Shown here: positions 39,492-50,385 of the stretch, piece after piece
How the letters are laid out: each line of letters begins with the position of its first letter
Position numbering within the stretch: the first letter of the stretch is position 1
Origin: Bdellovibrionales bacterium
Lineage (GTDB): Bacteria; Bdellovibrionota; Bdellovibrionia; Bdellovibrionales; UBA1609
NCBI GenBank assembly: GCA_965205945.1
Contig: CBDBIB010000003.1
Location: forward strand, 736,394 to 800,393
DNA length: 64,000 bases
Direction of reading: 5' to 3'
Position numbers and translations under genes: made by a program
Notes under the pieces: model-generated
The model's database searches: none
The model's input: only the letters and a program-made list of their open reading frames with translations
What the model was told of the DNA's origin: nothing

Positions 39492-40637
39492 ATGCCGAGG
39501 TTTTTTGCAACATGCATAAAGGGTTTAGCCCCAGCACTTAAGGCTGAACTAAAGAGTTTTGATTTAAAACTTAAGGCGTTTTTTGTAAAAGACTCAGGGG
39601 TGGGTTTTAATGGGTCTTGGCAAAAAGCTTATGAAGTGAATTTAAGGTCTAAGGTGGCTTCAAGAGTATTGATGCCTGTTCTAGATTATAAAGCTTTTAG
39701 TGATGAGCAGATTACTTACGGGGTTAGAAAATTTGATTTTTCTAAATATATTCCTAAAAATGGAACCTTTTGCCTTCGAGTAAAGCTTAAAGAAAACGCT
39801 CACTATAGAGATCAGCGTTTTGTAATGAATCAGTTAAGAGTAGGACTTTTAAAACATTTTTCTGAAATTAAAAGAAAAGATATTTTAGTTTCTGTGGGTG
39901 AACCAGATCTTGAAATTTTTGTAGGGGTTTTTGGAGCTCAATTTTCATTTTCATTAAACCTAAGTGGGCCGCCGTTATCAAATAGAGGTTATAGACTTAA
40001 AGGAGAAAAAGCTCCATTAAGAGAAAATTTAGGAGCAGGACTTATAAAACTCACAGGTTGGGATGGAGAGCTTGCATTAGTTGATTTTTTCTGTGGTAGT
40101 GGGACTTTTTTATTTGAAGCTGCAACATTAAAACACCCAAACCCACTTAATAGATTTTTTGGATTTACTCAATGGAACAATTTTGACTCTAAAAAATATA
40201 AAGAGGTTCTTAAAAAAATTAAAAATTTAAAAATTAAAAATTTAAATATTAAAAATTCATCTAAAATCTATGGTTTTGATCAAGATCCACGAAGTATAGA
40301 TTCTATAAGAATGAATGTTAAAGAGTTTAATCTTTTAAAAAATATTCACTATAAACAAGTGGCTTTAAAAGATTTAAACCCTGGGGCTATGGGGCTTGAG
40401 CCAGGAATTGTTATTTTAAATCCCCCATATGGTCAAAGATTTGGTAATTTTAATGAGGCTTTAAAAGTATACAGTCTTATTGGAGAGGTTTTAAAAAATC
40501 AATTTAGTGGTTGGAAAGCCTTCATATTATCACCTGATGTAGAGCTTACAAGAGCCTTAAAAATGAAAGCCTTTTATAAAACTCAGATTGATAATGGTGG
40601 CATAGATTGTTTTTTTTTAGGATATAAAATTAATTAG
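39492..40637 (+). CDS. THUMP-domain RNA methyltransferase (RlmL-like)
   Basis: RGYR..APLRENL, DFFCGSGT, NPPYG. Confidence 0.88.
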   Translation: MPRFFATCIKGLAPALKAELKSFDLKLKAFFVKDSGVGFNGSWQKAYEVNLRSKVASRVLMPVLDYKAFSDEQITYGVRKFDFSKYIPKNGTFCLRVKLKENAHYRDQRFVMNQLRVGLLKHFSEIKRKDILVSVGEPDLEIFVGVFGAQFSFSLNLSGPPLSNRGYRLKGEKAPLRENLGAGLIKLTGWDGELALVDFFCGSGTFLFEAATLKHPNPLNRFFGFTQWNNFDSKKYKEVLKKIKNLKIKNLNIKNSSKIYGFDQDPRSIDSIRMNVKEFNLLKNIHYKQVALKDLNPGAMGLEPGIVILNPPYGQRFGNFNEALKVYSLIGEVLKNQFSGWKAFILSPDVELTRALKMKAFYKTQIDNGGIDCFFLGYKIN

Positions 40638-40698
40638 AGTTTGTTTAAGTTAAGGTGTCTTAAAACTTTTATAAAGTAAAGTTTTCTTAAAAATAATT

Positions 40699-41067
40699 TT
40701 ATATGGGCTTATTTAAAACCATATAAATTGTGAGTAAAATTAATGCAGTATAAAAAAGAATTAATTTTGTTTGGTTTTTTTTTGGAAGTTTTTTTAAAAA
40801 AAAAGGTATCATTCCAAACATAACCCAAACAAAAAGTTTAAATAAAAACCAACCTTGCATAAAGGGGTTTTGAATATTGGCTTTAGCAAGCAAACCAAAT
40901 CCTGTAAATAAAACTAGAAAAAGGCTTAAGCCCTGTAGTTTTACTAAATTTTTACGGATTTGTTCAAAAAAGGCTTGACCAAATGCTGAAGACATCAGCA
41001 TCCCTGTGGTTAGAATCATAATAAATAAAGAAGATAAGTGTAGCCACTTGTAGAATATATAAGACAT
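40699..41067 (-). CDS. SirB2-like small membrane protein
   Basis: YKWLH...GWFLFKL...NKP, four TM helices. Confidence 0.6.
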   Translation of the reverse strand: MSYIFYKWLHLSSLFIMILTTGMLMSSAFGQAFFEQIRKNLVKLQGLSLFLVLFTGFGLLAKANIQNPFMQGWFLFKLFVWVMFGMIPFFLKKLPKKNQTKLILFYTALILLTIYMVLNKPI

Positions 41068-41159
41068 AAGTTTAGTAATTACCTGTAGTTTTAAGAGTTG
41101 ACAAGAATTCTTGTTAGGTTACCTACAAGAGTCATAAATAATATGTAGGAGGTAAGTTA

Positions 41160-43208
41160 ATGGAAATTGGAATGCTCGCACCCATTGTAGGCGTAGTAGG
41201 ATTGGTGATTGCTTTATTGATTTATATGAGTCTTTTAAAGCTTTCTACAGGAACAGATAAAATGAGAGAAATTGGTGAAGAGATTCACTTAGGTGCTATG
41301 AGCTTTTTAAAAGCTGAATATAAGATTTTATCTATTTTTATAGTGGTTGTTGCAGGGCTTTTATTTTGGAGATTTGGTGGGCCTACTGCTATTGCATTTA
41401 TGTCTGGAGCTATTGTTTCTGGATTAGCTGGCTTTATTGGGATGAAGGCGGCGACAAAAACTAATGTTAGAACTGCTGCTGCCGCAAAAGAGTCTGGACA
41501 AGGTAAGGCTTTGTTAACAGCTTTTAACGGTGGGGCTGTAATGGGCTTATCTGTAGCAAGTTTAGGTTTAGTGGGTTTAGGTATTTTCTATTATTTTTTT
41601 GGGCAGTATGTTCAAACAATTGGTGTGATTTCAGGGTTTTCAATGGGCGCTTCATTGATTGCTCTTTTTGCAAGAGTCGGCGGTGGTATTTTTACAAAGG
41701 CTGCTGATGTTGGTTCTGATTTAGTTGGTAAAGTTGAAGCTGGTATTCCAGAGGATGATCCAAGAAACCCTGGTGTTATTGCAGATAATGTTGGAGATAA
41801 CGTTGGTGATGTTGCAGGTATGGGTGCTGATATATTTGAGTCCTATGTTGGAGCTATGGTTGCATCAATTGCAATTGCTGCAACCATGGGGTTAGATATT
41901 GTTTTAAAACTTGCTCCAATGGGTGGGGATGCTGGAAGGTCACTTTTAATGGGCCTTCCATTAACTTTATCTGTTATAGGTTTGATTTCTTCAGTTATTG
42001 GTATTTTAGGAATGGTTTTTTTTAAGAAAATGAACCCAGCAATGGCCCTTAATATGTCAGTGTTTACGGCTTGTGGTTTTTTCGCTTTAGGAGCATATCT
42101 TTTATTGTGTGGAATGGCTCTTTCTACAAATCTTTTTTGGGCTATTGTTGCAGGTGCTCTTGCTGGTCTTGCAATCGGTCATATCACTGAGTATTACACC
42201 TCTAAGGGGCCTGTGTTTAAAATTGTTCAAGCCTCTAAAACGGGTCCTGCAACAAACATAATCCAAGGTTTTGCAGTTGGTTTAGAGTCTTGTGCTCTTC
42301 CTCTTATTTGTATTTGTGGGGCTATTTTTGTTTCATTTTACTTTGCAGGTCTTTATGGTATTGCTTTAGCAGCTGTGGGAATGCTTGCTACTGTGGGTAT
42401 TACAATGACTGTTGATGCTTATGGTCCTGTTGCAGACAATGCTGGTGGAATTTCACAAATGGCAGGCCTTGGCTTAGAGGTTAGAAAAATTACTGATGGA
42501 TTAGATGCCGTTGGAAATACTACTGCTGCTGTTGGTAAAGGTTTTGCAATTGGTTCTGCGGCATTAACCGCTTTAGCGTTGTTTGTTGCTTATGGTCAGT
42601 CTGTTGATGTTGTAAGAAGTGCTGCTGGAATGAAAATGCTTTCAATTGATATCTTAAATCCGTTGGTTGTTATAGGTTTATTCTTAGGGGCGGTTGTTCC
42701 TTTAGTTTGTGGTGCAATGACGATGACTTCAGTTTCTAAGGCTGCGGGTAAAATGGTTGATGAAATTAGGCGCCAGTTTAAAGAAATTCCAGGTCTTTTA
42801 GAAGGTAGAGGAAAACCTGATACAGTAAGATGTGTTGAAATTTCTACTAACGCTGCATTAAAAGAAATGCTAGCTCCAGGGGCAATAGCAGTTGCTGCTC
42901 CAGTAGCTTGTGGATTCTTACTAGGTGCTGAAGCTTTAGGTGGAATGTTAGCAGGTGCGACTGTTGTAGGTGTTGTTTTAGCCCTTCTTATGTCTAACGC
43001 TGGTGGTGCTTGGGATAATGCTAAAAAAGCAGTTGAAACAGCTGCAGTTAAAGGTGTTCAAAAAGGAAGTGATATTCATACAGCAACAGTTGTTGGTGAT
43101 ACGGTGGGTGATCCATTTAAAGATACTACTGGTCCAGCAATGAATATTTTAATCAAGCTTATGTCTGTTGTAGCTTTAATTATAGCCCCCATTGTAGCAA
43201 CGATTTAA
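41160..43208 (+). CDS. hppA: Membrane-integral pyrophosphatase, K+-dependent type (probably Na+-translocating)
   Basis: [26 protein letters not shown] (Ala variant), GDPFKD. Confidence 0.95.
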   Translation: MEIGMLAPIVGVVGLVIALLIYMSLLKLSTGTDKMREIGEEIHLGAMSFLKAEYKILSIFIVVVAGLLFWRFGGPTAIAFMSGAIVSGLAGFIGMKAATKTNVRTAAAAKESGQGKALLTAFNGGAVMGLSVASLGLVGLGIFYYFFGQYVQTIGVISGFSMGASLIALFARVGGGIFTKAADVGSDLVGKVEAGIPEDDPRNPGVIADNVGDNVGDVAGMGADIFESYVGAMVASIAIAATMGLDIVLKLAPMGGDAGRSLLMGLPLTLSVIGLISSVIGILGMVFFKKMNPAMALNMSVFTACGFFALGAYLLLCGMALSTNLFWAIVAGALAGLAIGHITEYYTSKGPVFKIVQASKTGPATNIIQGFAVGLESCALPLICICGAIFVSFYFAGLYGIALAAVGMLATVGITMTVDAYGPVADNAGGISQMAGLGLEVRKITDGLDAVGNTTAAVGKGFAIGSAALTALALFVAYGQSVDVVRSAAGMKMLSIDILNPLVVIGLFLGAVVPLVCGAMTMTSVSKAAGKMVDEIRRQFKEIPGLLEGRGKPDTVRCVEISTNAALKEMLAPGAIAVAAPVACGFLLGAEALGGMLAGATVVGVVLALLMSNAGGAWDNAKKAVETAAVKGVQKGSDIHTATVVGDTVGDPFKDTTGPAMNILIKLMSVVALIIAPIVATI

Positions 43209-43330
43209 ATTTGTTAAAAATAATGTCTTAAAATCAAACAAAAACGACTTTTAAAGGGTTGGTTTAAGTTATGGTTGAATTTAACCGATGTTGTTTTTGT
43301 TAACTTAAAAAGATTTAAGCAAAAAAAGGA

Positions 43331-43849
43331 ATGGCTATGAAATTAAGATATGCTTTATTAGTGTTTTTATTCTTTGGTTTTACTGCTTGTGAGAATATTC
43401 AAGAATTATTAGATGAGACGGAAAAACTGTTAGGTGGATCGGTTGAAATTATGGATGGCACTTATGAAAGTGAATGTATGGAGGATGAGAGTGATGGAGC
43501 GAAAAGTCAAATAGTATTCTCCACTATTAGTAATGGTAAGAGGCAGATATCTTATCAAATCTTTAATTATGAGAATGATCTAGATTGTTCTGAAGCATCA
43601 ACAAGTCAAGGAGAGATTACAATTGAAACCATTGTTCTTGCTGAGAATGGTTTTGGCGGCAATATTTCTTATTTTAAAGAAGGAGGAAATCAGGGCTCTG
43701 TGGTTGCTTATTATGTTGATGATATTGCTAAGGCAATCTATATACCTAAGTTAGAAGGGAGTTCTGGTGAAGGACCTGAAGAACTTAAAGAATATTTTTC
43801 AAACTTTATTCAAAATCCAAGAAGTGGAATTAAGTATACACGACAGTGA
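43331..43849 (+). CDS. Acidic lipoprotein, paralog 1
   Basis: Lipobox FTAC; DGTYESEC; ends YTRQ. Confidence 0.7.
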   Translation: MAMKLRYALLVFLFFGFTACENIQELLDETEKLLGGSVEIMDGTYESECMEDESDGAKSQIVFSTISNGKRQISYQIFNYENDLDCSEASTSQGEITIETIVLAENGFGGNISYFKEGGNQGSVVAYYVDDIAKAIYIPKLEGSSGEGPEELKEYFSNFIQNPRSGIKYTRQ

Positions 43850-44452
43850 AAAAGGTTAGTTTAAACTTTTAGATATTAAATCTGGTGCTGAATTATTTTA
43901 AAAGTATTAAATTTAATACCGAGTTTAAAAAATTCTAAATTAAAAATTATTTATTAAAATAAAGGCCTTTATAATGTTTTGTTAGAAAGGTATTTGTACA
44001 CCATTACCTAGTTTAAATTTTAAAAGAGTGTAAGTTAGGTTATCTTCTCATAAGATACTTAAGTGGTTATTTTAAGAATGATAGTGTACTTGCAATAGCC
44101 ATTAAGTTTAGGGTTAAAATACACTTGTCTTAAAACTAAATTTTAAAATTTGTAAGAGTAAAAATAAAATTTATGCTAGTGGGGTATATTAATCTATAAA
44201 GTAAGTGCTACCAAGGGTAGTGGCGCTCATCATTAAGAGTTGTATCTTTAAAATGTGGAGGGCAGTTTTTGTACTTTGGCCGCTAGTTAGGCACTACTGC
44301 TTTTAATGTATTTTAAAAAAGGTTAGCAATTAAGCATTCCAAAACTTAAGTCTTGAATTAACTTAACTTTTAATGGGTTTAAAAATTAATTTGACTACCT
44401 GATAAAAAACTGTAATCTTTCATCGTGTGTTAATTAAACTAAAAATAAGGAG

Positions 44453-44959
44453 ATGTTTATGAAATTAAAATATACGCTATTAACTTTTTTACTATTGGGT
44501 TTTGCAGGTTGTAGTGATAGCGATGATGGTAATGAGGCAGTTAATGTTATAGATGGTACCTATTCATCAGAGTGTATCGAAGTAGATAATGAAAGTGGGG
44601 ACAACACGAGTAAAATAAGTCATATTATATTTTCAACAACTGAAGACGGTGTAAGGCAGCGGGCTGCTCGAGAAAATACTTATACTGGAGTTATGTGTGA
44701 TGCGGGCAAAGCAGATGGCCCATCTGTTGCAGCATCAAATGTTACCTTTGCTGATTATGGTTTTGGTAATGGTGTTTCCTACTATACTGGAGCAACCAAT
44801 TCGACCCCTTATCATCTTGACGGTAATGTGCTTTATGAAGGCACTCCTGTTGAGAGTTCATCGATAACTGAAGAGGCAGGTGAAACTTCTGCAGACATTT
44901 TTGCTGGATTTATTGAAACTCCAGTAACTGATGATAGCGTTGGGCATACACGTCAGTAA
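44453..44959 (+). CDS. Acidic lipoprotein, paralog 2
   Basis: Lipobox FAGC; DGTYSSEC; ends HTRQ. Confidence 0.7.
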   Translation: MFMKLKYTLLTFLLLGFAGCSDSDDGNEAVNVIDGTYSSECIEVDNESGDNTSKISHIIFSTTEDGVRQRAARENTYTGVMCDAGKADGPSVAASNVTFADYGFGNGVSYYTGATNSTPYHLDGNVLYEGTPVESSSITEEAGETSADIFAGFIETPVTDDSVGHTRQ

Positions 44960-45004
44960 AGCAGTTAGTAAACTAAACTGTTTATAAATAAATTTAAAAA
45001 GATC

Positions 45005-45038
45005 AATGGCTAGGCTTTAAAAGTTTGGCCATTTTTTT
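45005..45038 (+). terminator. Probable intrinsic terminator
   Basis: aatggctaggc...gtttggccatt followed by a T tract. Confidence 0.6.
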
Positions 45039-45323
45039 ATACTTCATAAAAGAGTTTAGTTACTTCATTTTAAATAATTTTTTACTAAGAAAAATTTAAT
45101 TTTATGGCATTTGAAATTGATTTAAGAGGAAGTTAATTGATTACTATGAAGATAAATTATTTTATTCTCGTTTAAGAATTTTTGAGGTTAAATTTAGAGA
45201 ATGATTTTTAGCTATAGAAAATAAAAAAAGCAATACTAAAGTAAACGATTTATTTTTAAGTATCTGTATTATGAGCTTAAAATTTAAATCCTAGCTCTTT
45301 TTTTTACCTCATAGCTATCAACA

Positions 45324-46106
45324 TTAAAGACTGTTTAAATTCCAATCATAACCAGAAAAAGTAATAGAGTAATCTTTTGAAAGAATGAGTGCTTTTTCTT
45401 TTTCGTTAATGGCAATTGAGTTTGCATATATGGTTAAAAAAGCTTTTAAAGACTTATAGTTCTTGGTTTTAAAATCATTGCCGTACCACTTAAATATATT
45501 TGAAAGTTGAACAGATTTGTTTTTAATATTGACACGGTTTCTTGAGTGATCTTTTAAAAAATTTTGAGCTGCAGATTCAAATTGGCTATTTAATTTTTCT
45601 GCGATCCATGGAGTGTTTAAAAGTGCAGGGCATCCAATTGATGCACAATTAAAAGCAAAATGTATTCTAGCATCATTTCCTAAGGTTTTAGAGGCTCTAA
45701 CAAATTTATGTTCGATTTGATTTAAAAAAGAATCTTCTTTAAAAAGTTTAAAAAATTTTTTTTTCCAAGGAGATGAAAAAAAAGTTCCAATTTTTTTAAT
45801 TGATTTAACAGGGTAGTTATCAAGAATGAGCTTTATTGTATAAGCGTTATAGGCGTTTATGTAAAAAGCCAACTGTTGTTTTACAGTGAAATTGTTAAAA
45901 TCTTTTTTTTCTACTGAACTAATACTTTTAAGATATTTATTAAGTTGATTAGTATTAAAATTTTTATAATCAACAACAGAGCTTGTTTTATTAGGAGACA
46001 TTTTAACATGAGCATTTAATAAATTTGCAAATAGGCTGTGTTTATGGTCAAAAGCAAGGGATAAAGAAGAAGTTAAAACAATAAAGGATAAGATTAATAT
46101 TTTCAT
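45324..46106 (-). CDS. DUF547 secreted protein
   Basis: LAFYINAYNA, RIHFAFNCASIGCP, IFKWY..DF, YDWNLN. Confidence 0.9.
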   Translation of the reverse strand: MKILILSFIVLTSSLSLAFDHKHSLFANLLNAHVKMSPNKTSSVVDYKNFNTNQLNKYLKSISSVEKKDFNNFTVKQQLAFYINAYNAYTIKLILDNYPVKSIKKIGTFFSSPWKKKFFKLFKEDSFLNQIEHKFVRASKTLGNDARIHFAFNCASIGCPALLNTPWIAEKLNSQFESAAQNFLKDHSRNRVNIKNKSVQLSNIFKWYGNDFKTKNYKSLKAFLTIYANSIAINEKEKALILSKDYSITFSGYDWNLNSL

Positions 46107-46143
46107 CTTTTTATTTTTAAATAAAAAGTATTTTATATCAAGT

Positions 46144-47208
46144 TTAGTCTTTAAGATTTAAATGCTTCATTACTTTATTTAAGTTTTGTTTCATTCTAGC
46201 AAGGCTTCCAAAGGCAGCATTATTTTTTAACCCTTCTTGGAGAGGTTTTAAAGGGTAGCCATAATAGCTTCCAGATTTGTGAATGCTTTTATGTACAACA
46301 GAATGACCTGCTAAATTCACATTATCAGTAATTGTAATATGTCCAGTAACAGTAGAGCGTCCACCTGTTGTAAAGTAGTCGCCAATAGTGGTAGATCCGG
46401 CAACAATAAATCCTGCTGTAATAATACAACCTTTTCCCATAGTGCAATTGTGTCCAATGTGGCAAAGATTGTCGATTTTAGTGTGAGCTCCAATAGAGGT
46501 TTTTCCAAAAGTACCACGATCTATTTTACTTCCTGGACCAACATGTACAAAACTCTCTAAAACAACATAGCCTTGGTGTGGAATAGGAAAGTGCTCTCCC
46601 TTTAACGTTGAGGCATATCCAAAGCCCTCAGTGCCTACGGCGGCATGTGGATGAATCTCACAGTTGTCTTTTAATATTGAGTTTTGAGCAATGAGTGCAA
46701 ATTCATGAACACGACAGTTTTTTCCTAGGGCTGATCCTGACTGAATAACTGCACAGGCACCAATAATAGAGCCCGTCTTAATCTTAACATTTTTACCAAT
46801 AAAAACATTAGGGCCAATTTTTACATTTTCAGCAATATCGGCTGTTGGGTGAATAATAGCAGCTAGTGAAATATTTGTTTTAAAACCCTTAAACTGTTCT
46901 AAAAGTTTATCGGTAGCAAAAATTTCTTTTCCACAAAGAGCCATTACAAGTCTTGGATTATTAGACTTTAAAGCATTTATCTTTAAATCTGGTGGAAGTA
47001 GGTGGGCATGGGATTTAGATACAACAATACAAGAAATGCTAGATTTTAAAGCTTTTTGAATAGACTCTGGTTTTGAAATAAAAACAATAGAGTCAGGTTT
47101 AGGTTCATCTTCTGAAGAAAGGCTAATAAGCTTACGTTCTAAGTTATCTTTTATATGTATTGATAAAAGATCATTATACCGTTTAACAAATTCAGATACT
47201 GTAATCAT
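46144..47208 (-). CDS. lpxD: UDP-3-O-acylglucosamine N-acyltransferase
   Basis: Hexapeptide repeats, GFGY, IDRGT, TKIDNLCHIGHN; start probably MITVSE (47208). Confidence 0.92.
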   Translation of the reverse strand: MITVSEFVKRYNDLLSIHIKDNLERKLISLSSEDEPKPDSIVFISKPESIQKALKSSISCIVVSKSHAHLLPPDLKINALKSNNPRLVMALCGKEIFATDKLLEQFKGFKTNISLAAIIHPTADIAENVKIGPNVFIGKNVKIKTGSIIGACAVIQSGSALGKNCRVHEFALIAQNSILKDNCEIHPHAAVGTEGFGYASTLKGEHFPIPHQGYVVLESFVHVGPGSKIDRGTFGKTSIGAHTKIDNLCHIGHNCTMGKGCIITAGFIVAGSTTIGDYFTTGGRSTVTGHITITDNVNLAGHSVVHKSIHKSGSYYGYPLKPLQEGLKNNAAFGSLARMKQNLNKVMKHLNLKD

Positions 47209-47302
47209 GGCTAATCCTTTTAAGAAAAAAACAATAGTACTAGTCAAATCAATAAGAGTGTTGTATCTTGACGGCAACGTCTAAGAAACAACGCAAGGAG
47301 TT

Positions 47303-47683
47303 ATGATGGCAACTAAAGCTTCGGGCAGCAAGGCTGCAAACAAAAAGAAAGCTACTAAAAAAGCTACTAAAAAAACTACTAAGAAAGCAGCGTCTAAAGG
47401 TGAAGGTGTTATAAAAAAAGTAAAAAAAAAGCGTGTAACAAAGGCAGAGCGTGAAGCAAAAGAAGAGTCAGATCGTTTAAAGGATAAATGGCAAGAGCTT
47501 CATACATTATCTGAAGGGCAGCCTGCTAAAAAATATAAGATTACGGATTCATATGAGTCTAACTCAGCCTTAGATCATGCAAAGCTTGGTTGGGGATATG
47601 TGTTGATATCACAGAACAATAGGTTAGAAGTACTGTTTGAAGAGGGGATTAAAATTTTAATTTCAAACTACGAAGGATCATAG
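47303..47683 (+). CDS. Lys/Ala-rich N-tail plus small beta (Tudor/SH3-like) domain protein
   Basis: KKATKKATKKTTKK; HAKLGWGYV...LEVLF. Confidence 0.65.
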   Translation: MMATKASGSKAANKKKATKKATKKTTKKAASKGEGVIKKVKKKRVTKAEREAKEESDRLKDKWQELHTLSEGQPAKKYKITDSYESNSALDHAKLGWGYVLISQNNRLEVLFEEGIKILISNYEGS

Positions 47684-47688
47684 TTTAA

Positions 47689-47907
47689 ATGGCAAAAGAC
47701 GATTTAGCACAGTTAGAAGGAAAGATCTGTGATGCAGGTGCTGGTGGCCTTTATCAAGTGGAATTAGAAAATGGAGCAAAACTTAAGGCCAAACTGTGTG
47801 GAAAAATGAGAAGATTTAATATTCGTGTCGTTGTAGGCGATAGGGTTACAATTGGTGTTTCCCCTTATGACCCAACCCATGGCTTGATTATGTATAGGCA
47901 TAAATAG
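47689..47907 (+). CDS. infA: Translation initiation factor IF-1
   Basis: VELENG...GKMR...GDRV...SPYD. Confidence 0.96.
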   Translation: MAKDDLAQLEGKICDAGAGGLYQVELENGAKLKAKLCGKMRRFNIRVVVGDRVTIGVSPYDPTHGLIMYRHK

Positions 47908-47972
47908 TCTTAAAAATTTAAATATTTATTAAAATATAATTAACATAATTAACATAATGCTACGGAGTTTAT

Positions 47973-50318
47973 ATGAACGCTGCAGAATTTATATTAGAAA
48001 ATACAAACTTAAAACAAACTAAAGGTTTTAAAAAAGCAGTTTCTTTATTTAACAAGGGGTTTAGCTTTGGAGAGATTTGTTATGCTCCTGAAGTTTGGGC
48101 TGATAAAAGCTTTGGTTTTTGGGAATTAGATAAGCTTGAAAGTTCTTATCAGAATTTTATTACCTTTAATAAAAAGAAAGAAAAATATATTAAAGACATT
48201 GAATCTAGGCAAATACCACTAAAAAGCGTATTACAAGCTATTTTTAAAGCTAGTAGTTTAAAAGAATTAGAGGATATTTTTCGCCCATATAAAAGAAAAA
48301 AGAAAACTAAGGCTACTTTAGCAAGAGAGGCAGGGCTTTTAGATTTTTCAAATATTATTAGAGAAAAAGCACTAAAAGGCGAAGACTTTGAAAAAGGTTT
48401 AGAGTTTGAGGCTAAAAAATATATTCAGCCCTCACTAGGCTTTATTACTTTTGAAACAGTTCTTAAGGGAACTCAAGATATTTTAATTGAGCAAGGGCTT
48501 AAGAATGTGAATTTACGCGCAAACCTTTTAAAAGAAGTGCTTAAAAATGCAAAGATTATTATAAAAGCAGGTGAAAAATTAAAAGAAGGTGGGCGATATT
48601 CAAATTTTATAAAAGCCCCTGTTCAAAATTGTGAGTATTACTTAAGCTTTAAAAATTATGATAAGTTTCCTCAGATTAAAAAGGCTTGGGAAGAGGGATT
48701 TTTAAAAATAACGTTAGATTTTCCTTTAGATGGACAAATTAAAGCGTTTAAAAAAGCATTTGTTTCTAAAGGGGCTGGGGATTTAGAGTCTTTTTTAAAT
48801 ATCGTGAGTAAGAAAGCCTTAGATATTCATGCTCTTCCTTCTGTGACAACAGAAGTATTTGATAAATTTTATACGGTGTCACAGACAGTGTATTTATCTA
48901 AGCTTAAATCTGATTATAAGAGTCTTCTTCAAACCCCCGCTTTTAAGAATAAACCTATTCTTGCAATATTAGAAAAAGAAAATCAAATGGCCTCTGTTGT
49001 TTTTGTAAGTCATGAAGGTGAGTTTGTATCCTCTACTTTAATAGATTTTTTAAAAGAAGATGTTGTTCAAAATCTAAAAACCCTTATAGAAAGCATTACT
49101 AAAAATGTAGAGCTTGGCTGCATTGCTATTTCCTTGAGTGATTCAGTTAGGAAATTTGAGAAATTAACGGCTAGAGCATTATTGGAATTAAATAAATCAA
49201 ATTCTATACAACTGGTTATGGCTGATCCAAGAGGGTTAGCTCAGTATGTTAATCAGCCTGAGGCAAAATTTGGATTTAAAGAAGCTATAGATAACTCTTC
49301 GCTTTCTTGTTATTATTTAGCAAAAAGAGTTCAAAATCCTGTTTTAGAGTATGGTTCACATTTGCCATCAACATTACTAGAAGTGCCTAATTTTATGGAT
49401 AAAGCAGAAGTGGATAGAGAGCTTTTAAAGGTGTTAAGTTATTATGTATGTTCAATAGGCTTATCTATTTGGGATGTGAACTGGGGACTTTTAAAAAATT
49501 TAAATTGGTTTAAGTTTGAAGAGGAATCTGAATTAAAAGATTTAAGTGAAAAGATTTTTAAAAGTCGGGCCAAAGAGAAAAAGGATTTAGAAAAAATTTT
49601 AAGTTTAAAAGATTTTGTTAGATTTTCAAAGTATTTTAAGTTTTCAGAAGCGTTAAATCTTTTAGACCGCTCAAGACTTTCTCAAACAGAATTTTCAAGA
49701 GTAAAAGATTTTTTAAAAGAAAAGGAGATAAGCTTATTAAAAGGGCCTATTCTTAATTTATATAAAAGAGTTGATGAGGAGTGGTATAATCTTTTAGGTA
49801 AGGATTTTTCAAACTATTTGAGTTTAGAATTATCAAATCCCTTTAAAGATTTTAGAAAAACATATAAAGTATTTTCATTTTCTAAAACAGCAGAAGAGCT
49901 AAGTGAAGTTAAAAAAGATAATCTGTATTGGGGGATTGTTACAAAATTTTCAACTTTTGGAGCTTTTATAGATATTGGAGTTGGTGTTAATGGTTTGATT
50001 CATTTATCAGAACTGTCTAATGACTATATTTCTGATGCTAGAAAAGTTTTAAAGCTTGGTCAGTGGGTGTTAATTAAGGCTATTAAAGTTGATTTAGAAG
50101 AAAAAAAACTTTCTTTTTCTAAGATTAAAGTTGATCAAGATTTTTTAAAGAAAGTTACAAATAAGAAATCTAAAGTTTTAAAAAATGAAAAAAGAACCTT
50201 TAATAAACCACTAGTTAAGAAGCTTGATAAAAATTTAAAAAGAGGGAAGCCTCAAAATAGAAAACCTAAAGAGCTCTTTAATAACCCTTTTGCTGCTCTT
50301 CAGGATTTAAAAAAGTAA
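47973..50318 (+). CDS. Divergent Tex-like protein with C-terminal S1 domain
   Basis: LEDIFRPYKRKKKTKATLAREAGL; FGAFIDIGV..GLIHLSELS; NNPFAAL. Confidence 0.8.
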   Translation: MNAAEFILENTNLKQTKGFKKAVSLFNKGFSFGEICYAPEVWADKSFGFWELDKLESSYQNFITFNKKKEKYIKDIESRQIPLKSVLQAIFKASSLKELEDIFRPYKRKKKTKATLAREAGLLDFSNIIREKALKGEDFEKGLEFEAKKYIQPSLGFITFETVLKGTQDILIEQGLKNVNLRANLLKEVLKNAKIIIKAGEKLKEGGRYSNFIKAPVQNCEYYLSFKNYDKFPQIKKAWEEGFLKITLDFPLDGQIKAFKKAFVSKGAGDLESFLNIVSKKALDIHALPSVTTEVFDKFYTVSQTVYLSKLKSDYKSLLQTPAFKNKPILAILEKENQMASVVFVSHEGEFVSSTLIDFLKEDVVQNLKTLIESITKNVELGCIAISLSDSVRKFEKLTARALLELNKSNSIQLVMADPRGLAQYVNQPEAKFGFKEAIDNSSLSCYYLAKRVQNPVLEYGSHLPSTLLEVPNFMDKAEVDRELLKVLSYYVCSIGLSIWDVNWGLLKNLNWFKFEEESELKDLSEKIFKSRAKEKKDLEKILSLKDFVRFSKYFKFSEALNLLDRSRLSQTEFSRVKDFLKEKEISLLKGPILNLYKRVDEEWYNLLGKDFSNYLSLELSNPFKDFRKTYKVFSFSKTAEELSEVKKDNLYWGIVTKFSTFGAFIDIGVGVNGLIHLSELSNDYISDARKVLKLGQWVLIKAIKVDLEEKKLSFSKIKVDQDFLKKVTNKKSKVLKNEKRTFNKPLVKKLDKNLKRGKPQNRKPKELFNNPFAALQDLKK

Positions 50319-50385
50319 AAAGTTTTTAAATAGAGTTTTAATTGTATTACAAGACTAAAAGTTTTTAAGAATAATAAAATAAAAG

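Noticed and set aside
44205..44230. ctaccaaggg matching the 21.9-kb repeats
   Set aside because: Single 10-bp match without shared context; plausible by chance.
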